Origin: Xanthomonas campestris pv. campestris str. ATCC 33913
GTDB lineage: Bacteria; Pseudomonadota; Gammaproteobacteria; Xanthomonadales; Xanthomonadaceae
DNA length: 32,000 nucleotides
Assembly: GCF_000007145.1 (NCBI RefSeq)
Contig: NC_003902.1
Location: 3,956,497-3,988,496 of the forward strand
Direction: 5' to 3'
Positions 9,638 to 17,997 of the stretch are shown one piece after another (the first letter of the stretch is position 1; every line of letters begins with the position of its first letter). Both the position numbers and the translations under genes were made by a program. The notes beneath the pieces were generated by a model. That model had not been told where the DNA came from and did not search any database. It worked only from the letters and a program-made list of their open reading frames with translations.

Positions 9638-10294
9638 ATGACGATCGATTTCACCCAGGCCCGCGAAAAGATGGTCGAACAGCAGATCCGGCCGTGGGAT
9701 GTGCTGGACCTGCGCGTGCTCGACGTGCTGGCGCGCATGCCGCGCGAAGCCTTCGTGCCGGAGGCCTACAAGACCCTGGCCTACGTCGATGTGGAAATTC
9801 CGCTGTCGGCCGGCCACAAGATGATGAAGCCGGTGGTCGAAGGCCGCATGTTGCAGGCCCTGGATCTGCAGCCCGGCGAAGACGTGCTTGAAGTGGGCAC
9901 CGGCAGCGGCTTCTCCACCGCCTGCCTGGCCGCACTGGCCCGCGAAGTGGTGAGCCTGGAGATCGACCCCGCGCTGGCCGCCGCCGCGCGTGCCAACCTG
10001 GACGCCACCGGCCTGGGCAGCAACGTGCGTATCGAAACCGCCGACGTGTTCGCCTGGCAGAGCGAGCGTCGCTTCGACGCCATCTGCGTGACCGGCGCGG
10101 TCGATACGCTGCCGACCCAGTGGCTGCAGTGGCTGCGCCCGAACGGCCGGCTGTTTGTGGTGCGCGGTCACGATCCGGTGATGGAGGCCGTCCTGGTCCG
10201 TGGTGACGTCAACGCGCCGCGCATCGAATCGTTGTTCGAAACCGACCTCGCCTATCTCCAGGGCGCCGCACCGACGCCCCGATTCCAATTCTGA
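9638..10294 (+). CDS. Protein-L-isoaspartate O-methyltransferase family protein (PCMT-like)
   Basis: ORF 9623..10294 starts at a TTG, so the ATG at 9638 (MTIDFTQAREKMVEQQIRPWDV) is preferred. It has the SAM motif LEVGTGSGFSTACLA. The gene ends 20 nt before tolC. Confidence 0.8.
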   Translation: MTIDFTQAREKMVEQQIRPWDVLDLRVLDVLARMPREAFVPEAYKTLAYVDVEIPLSAGHKMMKPVVEGRMLQALDLQPGEDVLEVGTGSGFSTACLAALAREVVSLEIDPALAAAARANLDATGLGSNVRIETADVFAWQSERRFDAICVTGAVDTLPTQWLQWLRPNGRLFVVRGHDPVMEAVLVRGDVNAPRIESLFETDLAYLQGAAPTPRFQF

Positions 10295-10314
10295 TTCCCA
10301 AGGAAGCTTCCCCG

Positions 10315-11688
10315 ATGATCCGCCGATCCCTCGTCCTGGCGCTGGCCGCCGCCCTGTTTCCGATGGCCGCGCACGCCACCGACCTGCTGCAGGTCTATGA
10401 AATGGCCCGCAACGGCGATCCGCAGCTGGCTGTTGCCGAGTCCACGCGGTTGGTGAATCGGGAAGGACAAGTGCAGGCGCGTGCGGCGTTGTTGCCACAG
10501 CTCAACGGCGCTTTCGATTACAGCAAAGCTCATCGCGAGATTGAGGGTCAGGATGGGCGCATTACAACTTCGTCACGCTCCAGCCAGATCCAGGGCTCAC
10601 AAACCATCTTTAACTGGTCGCAATTTTCCACACTACGTGCACAGCGTGAAGTCGCCAAGGCAGCAGACTTCACGCTCGAGTCTGCCAACAACGACCTGAT
10701 CACCCGTACCTCGGCAGCATATTTTCAGGTATTGGTCGGCATCGAGTCACTGGCAGCGGCCGAGACCAACGAGGCAGCGGCCAAGAAGCAATTCGACTAC
10801 GCCGACAAGCGTTTAGAAGTGGGTCTGGCGCCGATCACCGACGTGCACGAAGCCCGTGCCCAGTACGACCAGGCGCGCGCCGATACCATCAATGCACGCA
10901 ACACCTTGAAGGATTACTACCAGGCCTTGACCGAACTCACCGGTCAGCCGGTGGTGGGCCTGCGCGCGTTGCCAGAAAACTTTCGACCGGAAGTTCCTGC
11001 CGCTTACAGCAATGTCGACCAATTGGTGGCCTCGGCTATCGCCGACAATCCGGCGCTGAAGGCCCAACAATTGCAGGTCAGCGCAGCTGAAGCGAGTATC
11101 AATGCGGCAAGGGCAGGTCACCTTCCCACCGTCAATTTGACTGGCAGTGTGGGCCGCAGCAATAGCTGGGGTACCGGAGCCGCAGAAAGCGGTGTCTTCA
11201 CTACTCAGGGACGTGACATCGACACCGACTCGATCGGCATCAGTGTGTCGATTCCAATTTTTGCTGGTGGCGCGACGCAGTCGGCAGTACGTCAGGCAAT
11301 TTCGCAGCGTGATATTCAGCAGGACACCTACGAACAGCAGAAACGCGCGCTGGATCGCAATACGCGCAATGCCTATCAGACCGTAGTAGCCGGTATCAGC
11401 GAGGTGGAAGCACGTCGCCTGTCGGTGGTGTCCGCTCAAGCGGCTTATGACGCGTCTCAGGTCGGCCTGGAAGTGGGTACGCGCACCGTGCTGGACGTGG
11501 TGCAGAACCAGCGCACGTTGTTCCAGGCACAGCAGTTATATGCACAGGCGCGTTACACCTTCCTGCAGAACCGCCTGCTCCTGGCTCAGGCCATCGGCAA
11601 GATCGATATCGCCGAACTGCAGGACGTGAATCGCCTGCTGTCAGTAGAGGCAGAAGCCAAGCTGCAGGGCAGCGGTTCGTTGCAGTAA
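10315..11688 (+). CDS. tolC: TolC-family outer-membrane efflux/type I secretion channel
   Basis: The ORF is 457 aa. It has a signal peptide (MIRRSLVLALAAALFPMAAHA) followed by TDLLQVYEMARNGDPQL, with two OEP repeats. An AGGAAG ribosome-binding site lies at 10301-10306. Confidence 0.9.
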   Translation: MIRRSLVLALAAALFPMAAHATDLLQVYEMARNGDPQLAVAESTRLVNREGQVQARAALLPQLNGAFDYSKAHREIEGQDGRITTSSRSSQIQGSQTIFNWSQFSTLRAQREVAKAADFTLESANNDLITRTSAAYFQVLVGIESLAAAETNEAAAKKQFDYADKRLEVGLAPITDVHEARAQYDQARADTINARNTLKDYYQALTELTGQPVVGLRALPENFRPEVPAAYSNVDQLVASAIADNPALKAQQLQVSAAEASINAARAGHLPTVNLTGSVGRSNSWGTGAAESGVFTTQGRDIDTDSIGISVSIPIFAGGATQSAVRQAISQRDIQQDTYEQQKRALDRNTRNAYQTVVAGISEVEARRLSVVSAQAAYDASQVGLEVGTRTVLDVVQNQRTLFQAQQLYAQARYTFLQNRLLLAQAIGKIDIAELQDVNRLLSVEAEAKLQGSGSLQ

Positions 11689-11709
11689 GCACGTGCGCAG
11701 TGAATGAAG

Positions 11710-11732
11710 AGGCGGGCATGGCCCGCCTTTTC
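11710..11732 (+). terminator. Rho-independent terminator of tolC
   Basis: AGGCGGGC-atg-GCCCGCCT is followed by TTTTCC, 22 nt after the tolC stop codon. Confidence 0.8.
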
Positions 11733-12099
11733 CATGTCTGCACTGTGAAAACCGGTGTTGTCATGTTTCGGTCTCGAATCACGGCAACGAGCTTGTGCAG
11801 ATGTGCGCTTGGGCAGTGCGCTGCGCTGCCGAGTGAGGGCTGACGCAGCGGCAATGCCGCGATGTCTGCAATCATCAGTAGCAGTCCGGATTTCGCCTCA
11901 CTGACGATGCGCTTGCACGCAGGTCGCGCCGACCTCTCCACCCTGCTGAGCACGCTACGTAGTGCCTGCTCAACTGCAGGAAACGGAGAGGCACACGTGC
12001 GGAGCGCGTGCCTCGCATGGGCGCGCCTTGGCACACCGACAGCCGAACCCCACGCAACCTGGGCGCAAGCCGACCTGGGCGGCGCGCTGCCGCCGCAAC

Positions 12100-13419
12100 T
12101 CACTGCGACGAAGCGATCTCGCTCGCCAGTGGTGGCAGGTGCGGCGCAATCTGTACCAGGGTGCGTGCCACCGCGCCCTTGCCGTTAGCCACCAGCGCCA
12201 GCCCGGCCGCGGCCATGGCCTCGCGCTGTGCGGGGTCGCCGAGCAGGCGGGCCAGATCGCGTTGCACACACGCGGCGTCCTCGCAAATGGTCACTGCATC
12301 GGCCTCGCGCATGCGCCGCGAAATTTCCGAGAAATTGTGCAGGTGCGGGCCGGTGACGGCCGGTGTACCCACCGCCGCCGGCTCGAGCAGATTGTGGCCA
12401 CCGATCGGCTGGAGGCTGCCGCCGACAAAGGCGACCTGCGCGCAGGCGTAGAAACTCATCAACTCGCCCAGGGTATCGACCACGAATACCTGGTCGCGCG
12501 CCTGCGGCCACTGCTGCGCTTTGCGGGTAGTCACCGTCCAGCCGCGGTCACGCGCCAGCGCCTCCACCTTCGGAAAGCGCTCCGGATGCCGGGGCGCCCA
12601 CAGCAGCAACAGGTCCGGGAACTGTTTCAGCAGCTGCGCATGGATGTCGGCCACCGCCGCTTCTTCGCCTTCGTGCGTGCTGGCTGCAATCCACACCGGC
12701 CGGGTTGCCGGCACCTGCCTGCGGAACTGCGCCACCAAATCCTGTAGCTGCGCCGGTGCGGCGATATCGAACTTGAGATTGCCCAAAGCAACCACTTGAT
12801 CCGGTCGCGCGCCCAGGGTGATGAAGCGCCCGGCATCGTCCTGCGACTGTGCTGCCACGCAGGTCACGGTGCGCAAGGCGCGGCTGATCAGCGGTGCGAG
12901 CACGCGGTAGCCACGCAGCGAGCGCGCCGACAGCCGCGCATTGAGGATGTACACCGGAATCTGACGGTCGCGGCAGCCGAACAGCATGTTCGGCCACAAC
13001 TCGGTTTCCAGGATCAGCGCCAGCCGCGGGCGGAAATGTTCGAGGAAGCGCCCGACGCTGCCGGGCACGTCGTAGGGCAGATAGACGTGATCCACCGCAT
13101 CGCCCCACAGCGCGCGCACGCGCTCGGAGCCGGTCGGGGTGATGGTGGTGATGACCCAGCGGATATCCGGCCGTTGCGCACGCAAGGCGTTCACCAGTGG
13201 CGCCGCCGCATTGACCTCGCCGACCGACACCGCGTGCACCCACACGCGCGGGCGCCCGCAGGCATGCGTGTAGGAGGCGTAGCGCTCGTTCCATCGGTTG
13301 AAATATTCGCGCACGCGGAAGCCGCGCCACACCAGGTGGTACACCGTCACCGGCAGCAACAGGTAGAGCAGCGCCGAGTACAGCCCGCGCAACAGCCATT
13401 CGATCGGGTCTTTCCGCAT
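12100..13419 (-). CDS. waaA: 3-deoxy-D-manno-octulosonic acid (Kdo) transferase
   Basis: This is ORF 12100..13548(-). The WaaA/KdtA-like sequence begins at MRKDPIEWLLRGLYSALLYLLLP (ATG at 13419). It has the VWVHAVSVGE motif. Confidence 0.9.
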   Translation of the reverse strand: MRKDPIEWLLRGLYSALLYLLLPVTVYHLVWRGFRVREYFNRWNERYASYTHACGRPRVWVHAVSVGEVNAAAPLVNALRAQRPDIRWVITTITPTGSERVRALWGDAVDHVYLPYDVPGSVGRFLEHFRPRLALILETELWPNMLFGCRDRQIPVYILNARLSARSLRGYRVLAPLISRALRTVTCVAAQSQDDAGRFITLGARPDQVVALGNLKFDIAAPAQLQDLVAQFRRQVPATRPVWIAASTHEGEEAAVADIHAQLLKQFPDLLLLWAPRHPERFPKVEALARDRGWTVTTRKAQQWPQARDQVFVVDTLGELMSFYACAQVAFVGGSLQPIGGHNLLEPAAVGTPAVTGPHLHNFSEISRRMREADAVTICEDAACVQRDLARLLGDPAQREAMAAAGLALVANGKGAVARTLVQIAPHLPPLASEIASSQ

Positions 13420-13535
13420 GCGTGCAGGATACGGGAGGCGTTGCGCGCGCGCATGTGTGGCCGTCCTGCCTGCTTGGTGATTGGCCTGGCCTGCCTGGCC
13501 CGGCCTGGACGCAGACACTGGTGCGGTCGTTCGCA

Positions 13536-13568
13536 GTGCAGCCCACAAGTGCGGCTGTGCGCGCGATC
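13536..13568. repeat. Degenerate REP-like hairpin (CAGCCCACAAGTGCGGCTG followed by TGCGCGCGAT)
   Basis: It shares the CACAAGTGCG core and the GCGCGAT tail with the REP copies at 28-50 and 23256-23286. It lies in the waaA/lpxL divergent spacer. Confidence 0.35.
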
Positions 13569-13849
13569 GCCTTGCTACCCCTGCATCGCGACCTGTAGTC
13601 CATCCGCCTCAGACACACCGCGGGTGCCCAGTAGTCCGCCGACACGTTGGACACAAAGGTCCCGTCCTACCCGCATGAGGCAGGTGTGCGGCGAAGGCTG
13701 CGCGTGACGTGGCGCCGCCGCATGCGCAAAGACCATGAGCGCGAACAATCCCTGCCAGTAGCGCTCACAACACGGTACGCGCGACACGTTGGCTGTACCG
13801 CCCACCGCCCACTCACCTCAAAGCCCGGAGCACGCTCTAGAATTACGCC

Positions 13850-14770
13850 ATGTCCGAGTCCGCCAACGTCGCCGTCCGCCCTTCCCTGCGCAACCCCAAG
13901 CACTGGCCGATGTACCTGGGCCTGGCGGTGATGGTGCTCGCCGGGCGCCTGCCGTGGCTGCTGCAACGCGCGCTTGGCCGCGGCGTTGGTTGGGTGGCGA
14001 TGCGCCTGGCGGGCACGCGCCGCCGCGCGGCCGAGGTCAACCTGAAACTGTGCTTCCCCGAGCAGGACGATGCGTGGCGGGCACGGCTGTTACGCGACAG
14101 CTTCGACGCACTGGGCGTGGGCCTGTTCGAATTCGCACGCGCCTGGTGGGGCAGCATCGCCACCATCCGCCCACGCATGCAGATCGAAGGCCTGGAACAT
14201 CTGCAGCGGCTGCAGGAACAAAAGCGCGGCGTGCTGTTGGTGTCCGGACACTTCATGACCCTGGAAATGTGCGGGCGCCTGTTGTGCGACCACGTGCCGC
14301 TGGCCGGCATGTACCGCAAACACCGCAATCCGGTGTTCGAGTGGGCGGTCAAGCGCGGCCGGCTGCGCTACGCCACGCACATGTTCGCCAACGAGGACCT
14401 GCGCGCCACCATCAAGCATCTCAAGCGCGGTGGTTTCCTGTGGTACGCGCCGGACCAGGACATGCGCGGCAAGGACACGGTCTTTGTGCCGTTCTTCGGG
14501 CATCCGGCTTCCACCATTACCGCGACCCATCAGCTGGCGCGGCTCACCGGCTGCGCGGTGGTGCCGTACTTCCATCGTCGCGAAGGCGGCAGCTACGTGC
14601 TGAAGATCGCACCGCCGCTGGCGGACATCCCCTCCGACGATGTGATTGCCGATACCACGCAGGTCAATGCGGCGATCGAGGACATGGTGCGCGAAGCGCC
14701 CGATCAATACCTGTGGATCCATCGCCGCTTCAAGCGGCAGCCCGGTGGGCGGAGCGACTTCTATCGCTGA
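13850..14770 (+). CDS. lpxL: Lipid A biosynthesis (Kdo)2-lipid IVA lauroyl/secondary acyltransferase (LpxL/HtrB family)
   Basis: The ORF is 306 aa and is collinear with E. coli LpxL as I remember it. Matching segments include NLKLCFPE, KRGVLLVSGHFMTLEM, WYAPDQD, FVPFFG and QYLWIHRRFK. Confidence 0.85.
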   Translation: MSESANVAVRPSLRNPKHWPMYLGLAVMVLAGRLPWLLQRALGRGVGWVAMRLAGTRRRAAEVNLKLCFPEQDDAWRARLLRDSFDALGVGLFEFARAWWGSIATIRPRMQIEGLEHLQRLQEQKRGVLLVSGHFMTLEMCGRLLCDHVPLAGMYRKHRNPVFEWAVKRGRLRYATHMFANEDLRATIKHLKRGGFLWYAPDQDMRGKDTVFVPFFGHPASTITATHQLARLTGCAVVPYFHRREGGSYVLKIAPPLADIPSDDVIADTTQVNAAIEDMVREAPDQYLWIHRRFKRQPGGRSDFYR

Positions 14771-14791
14771 GGGCGCTGGCGCTGGCACTAC

Positions 14792-14828
14792 GTGCTTGAG
14801 TGCTTGAGGTGCTTGAGTGCTTGAGTGC
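14792..14828. repeat. Octamer tandem repeat (GTGCTTGA)n, about 4.5 units, one carrying a 1-nt insertion
   Basis: The repeat is read directly. It lies in the convergent spacer between lpxL and the O-antigen-ligase-like gene. Confidence 0.9.
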
Positions 14829-15023
14829 GGCGAGCGTCTAGCCAGGCGGGCCGCTGACGTACGTAGTTGAACGCGCATTGCAGGCAGCGATGGCGCGTCA
14901 AACGGATACGGCGCTCTTGCCAGGCATCCGCGCCACCACATAAGTGCCGCATACAGCTGCAGAGTCATTCAGCCGGTTGAACCCCGACGTAAACCACACA
15001 CCTCGCCAGAACCAAACATCCAC

Positions 15024-16358
15024 TCAGGCAGGCGGCGAACGATCCCCATCGTCATTGAGCAACGCACCGGCATACAGGCCGGCCAGCATCAGGCTGAGAC
15101 CGCCCCAGAAGCTCGAATAGAACGCCAGATGCGTGTTAAGCGGGAACACCGTGGCCACCAGGGCGATCATCGCCGGGCGTGCCTGCGCGCGGGCTGCCGG
15201 GCTCGAATAGCGCCATGCGCGCCACGCCTGCGCCGCGCCGGCCAGCCACAGCAGCAGGCCGATCACCCCGGTTTCAGCCAGGATTTCCAGCAAGATCTGA
15301 TGCGCGTGGAAGGCCGGGCCATCGCCCCAGGCCGGGGCCTGGTCAGGTGCAGGATTGCAGGCCGGGTACGCCTGGCGAAAGCCGCGCGCGCCCACGCCAT
15401 TGAGCGGATGCTCGCGAATCATGCATAGCGCCGCGCCCCAGATCTGCGCACGCCCGGACAAGGCCTGATCCACGCCCTGCTCGCCATCGGTAAAGGCCAA
15501 GGTGGTGCGTTGCAGGCGCTCTCGGGCCTGCGGTGCCACGGCAACCACGCCTGCGGCCAACACCGCGCCCAGCGCCGCCACTGCGATCACCTTGCGGCCG
15601 CCCAGCAACTGCCAACCGGACAGCAGCACGATCACCCCGTAGGTGATCCACGAGGCGCGCGAGCCCGCCAGCACCAGCACCACGCCTACCGACGCCGCCG
15701 CGCCGGCCCACGCCCAGGCGCTGCGCCGGCCCAGCGCCAGCAGCAGGAACGGTGACAGGCTGGCCAGGGTCTGGCCGAACTTGAGATTGCACGGCCCCAG
15801 CACGCCGCTGAGCCGGTCGACCACCGCCAGTTCCTGCGCGGTGCAGAGGCCGTGCCCGCTGATCAGCTGTTTGACCTGATCCAGCGCGAAGAACAGCGGA
15901 CTACTGCCCAGCGCGACCTGCAGCAATGCGTCCAGCGTCCACACCCCGGCGATCACCGCCAGGCCGATAAAGGTGCGCCGCCGCCGTTGCGCGTTGGCCA
16001 CCGCGATGGCGCACAGCCACATGAAAGGCAGGTAACGCAGATCGGTAGCGGACTTGCGCAGCGCGCGGCCCACGTCCACCGCATCCACGGCCGAGAGCAT
16101 CTGCGGCAACCAGTAGGCGAAGAACAACACACTGGTCAGCGCCCAGGCCGCGCCGCTCAAGAGCCTGGTGCCGCCGCGAAAGCGCGCGTGCAGCAGCCGG
16201 TAGGCCGCGAACACGGCGCCCAGCGACAGCACCGTTTCGGCCAGACCCGGGGTGGGCCACAAGGCCACAAACAGCAGCACCCACACCGGCGCCCAGCGGC
16301 CAGCATCGGGCGTCAGCACGGGCGCGCGCGGCGCGGGCTCAGCGGCGGAGTTCGTCAT
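15024..16358 (-). CDS. O-antigen ligase family (Wzy_C) polytopic membrane protein, WaaL-like
   Basis: The ORF is 444 aa with many TM segments. The hallmark loop is GRAQIWGAALCMIREHPLNGVGARGF...HAHQILLEILAETGVIGLLLW. The ATG at 16358 overlaps the upstream gene by 20 nt. Confidence 0.8.
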   Translation of the reverse strand: MTNSAAEPAPRAPVLTPDAGRWAPVWVLLFVALWPTPGLAETVLSLGAVFAAYRLLHARFRGGTRLLSGAAWALTSVLFFAYWLPQMLSAVDAVDVGRALRKSATDLRYLPFMWLCAIAVANAQRRRRTFIGLAVIAGVWTLDALLQVALGSSPLFFALDQVKQLISGHGLCTAQELAVVDRLSGVLGPCNLKFGQTLASLSPFLLLALGRRSAWAWAGAAASVGVVLVLAGSRASWITYGVIVLLSGWQLLGGRKVIAVAALGAVLAAGVVAVAPQARERLQRTTLAFTDGEQGVDQALSGRAQIWGAALCMIREHPLNGVGARGFRQAYPACNPAPDQAPAWGDGPAFHAHQILLEILAETGVIGLLLWLAGAAQAWRAWRYSSPAARAQARPAMIALVATVFPLNTHLAFYSSFWGGLSLMLAGLYAGALLNDDGDRSPPA

Positions 16359-17451
16359 AGACCTTCAAGGTGGCCGTTTGCATGGCCTGCAGCGTGTAGG
16401 GAAGCCGCGCCGGCGGTGCCGGGCGGTGGTGCAGTAACGCAAGCGCCTGCTGCGCCAATGCCTGGGCATCGAATGGCGGCACCGCGCCGGCGGGCTGCAG
16501 CTCGGCGAGCAGTTCACCAGCGCCGCCGTGCGCCCAGCCCAACACCGGCCGGCCCACGGCCAGCGCTTCGATCACGGTGCGGCCGAAGGCTTCGGGCTTG
16601 CGCGAGAGTTGCAGCACCAGGTCGCTGGCGGCATAGGCCTCGGCGATGCGGGCAGTGGGTTCGGTGAAGGCCACGGCATCGGCCACACCCAGCCTGGCCG
16701 CCTCGGCTTCCAGTTCGCGGATATAGGCCTCACGCCCCGGCTCGCGCGCGCCGGGCAGCCACAACCAGGCCGGCAGACCGGCGGCGCGCACAGCGGCGAG
16801 CAGCTGCAGGCCATCGGCATGCCCTTTCAGGCGCGTGCCGCGACCGGGCAGCAACAGCAACGGTGCATCGGCTGGTAAGCCGGGCACCAGCGTCTGCGCC
16901 CACGTGCGTGCGCGCCGGTCTGGCTGCGGACGGCGTGGGAACTGCGCGATCTCCACGCCGCGCGGGATCACCCGCAGGCGCGCGGTATCGGTGTGCGGGT
17001 AATGCGTGCACACGTAGTTGCGCACTGTCTGCGAGACGCAGATAACGCGCTCGCCGTAGGTCATCACCGCGCTGTAGCGGCTGGGCGAATTGAGCCCGTG
17101 CACGGTGGTGACGAAGCGTGGCCGCATGGCCGGCGGCATCCCGCGCAAGGCGTACCAGCCCAGCCAGGCCGGCAGGCGCGAGCGCGCGTGCACGATATCG
17201 GCGCCCAGTTCGGTGAACAGCCGGCGCAGCCCCACCACGTGGCGCAAGGTCAGCAACGACTTGCGCCCGATATCCAGCGTGAGATGTTCGGCGCCGACCT
17301 CCAGCAACGGCTGGACCAGGCGCCCGCCCGCGGAGACGACCACGGCGCGATGGCCGGCGCGCACCAGCGCAGCGGCGATTTCCAGGGTGGAGCGCTCGAC
17401 GCCGCCGGACTGCAGCGCCGGCAGCAGTTGCACCACGGTCAGGCGGTGCAT
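16339..17451 (-). CDS. Family 4 (group 1) glycosyltransferase, probably LPS core
   Basis: This is ORF 16339..17487(-). The N-terminus is MHRLTVVQLLPALQSGGVERSTLEIAAAL (ATG at 17451). The C-terminal E-x7-E-like region reads KPEAFGRTVIEALAVGRPVLG. Confidence 0.8.
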   Translation of the reverse strand: MHRLTVVQLLPALQSGGVERSTLEIAAALVRAGHRAVVVSAGGRLVQPLLEVGAEHLTLDIGRKSLLTLRHVVGLRRLFTELGADIVHARSRLPAWLGWYALRGMPPAMRPRFVTTVHGLNSPSRYSAVMTYGERVICVSQTVRNYVCTHYPHTDTARLRVIPRGVEIAQFPRRPQPDRRARTWAQTLVPGLPADAPLLLLPGRGTRLKGHADGLQLLAAVRAAGLPAWLWLPGAREPGREAYIRELEAEAARLGVADAVAFTEPTARIAEAYAASDLVLQLSRKPEAFGRTVIEALAVGRPVLGWAHGGAGELLAELQPAGAVPPFDAQALAQQALALLHHRPAPPARLPYTLQAMQTATLKVYDELRR

Positions 17452-17461
17452 GCCGCCAGGA

Positions 17462-17659
17462 TCAGTCGGCGAGCACGAACAGTGCACCGCAGTACGGGCA
17501 CTTGGCTTCGCAGTTGGGCTCGTCTTCGATCGGCAGGTACACCCGCGGATGCGAATTCCACAGCGCCATCGCAGGCGTCGGGCAGCTCAGCGGCAGGTCA
17601 CCGCGGTGCACGGTGTAGCGCTTTTCGGCATTGGCGGGCGCGGTGGCGGTCTGGCTCAT
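17462..17659 (-). CDS. Small zinc-finger protein (zf-CHCC type, 65 aa)
   Basis: This is the C-terminal part of ORF 17462..18235(-), starting at MSQTATAPAN. The sequence LSCPTP...WNSHPRVYLPIEDEPNCEAKCPYCGALFVL matches the C...HPRV...CPYCG zinc-finger pattern. It ends 10 nt before the GT4 start. Confidence 0.7.
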   Translation of the reverse strand: MSQTATAPANAEKRYTVHRGDLPLSCPTPAMALWNSHPRVYLPIEDEPNCEAKCPYCGALFVLAD

Positions 17660-17997
17660 GGCGGCACGATCGGAAGGCGAAGACAGAGCGCGGATTCTAG
17701 CAGCCTCGCGCCCGGCACGGCCCAGTGACGCGCCCAGCGCGCGGTGCCGACGTTTGCCAGCGGGCTGCCAAGCGTGTTCACCATGACCATTGCCTGCGCT
17801 ATCGGCGTCCCCGGCTTTGTTGCGGCACGGTCCCGAATCTGGTGCCGGTCGGTGTGACGCGAGCGGCGACGCATGCGCCGTATCATCGGCTGACACGTTG
17901 CCTGGGGTGCACGTGCGCGCACGCCGCATGGCTGCCCATGCGTCAGCACACCCGCCCCGGCGCTCTGCTGCATCCGCCTTCCGGGAGACATCATCAC

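Noticed and set aside
11862-12188. A 108-aa plus-strand ORF (and 11875..12057 on the minus strand) lies in the tolC/waaA spacer.
   Set aside because: It runs into the 3' end of waaA antisense. It has no ribosome-binding site and no coding-like GC3 periodicity, and the translation is low complexity.
13480-13510. A GGCCTGG-type low-complexity run (tggcctggcctgcctggcccggcctgg) lies in the waaA/lpxL spacer.
   Set aside because: It is too short and irregular to call a tandem repeat or a binding-site array. It is probably just compositional.
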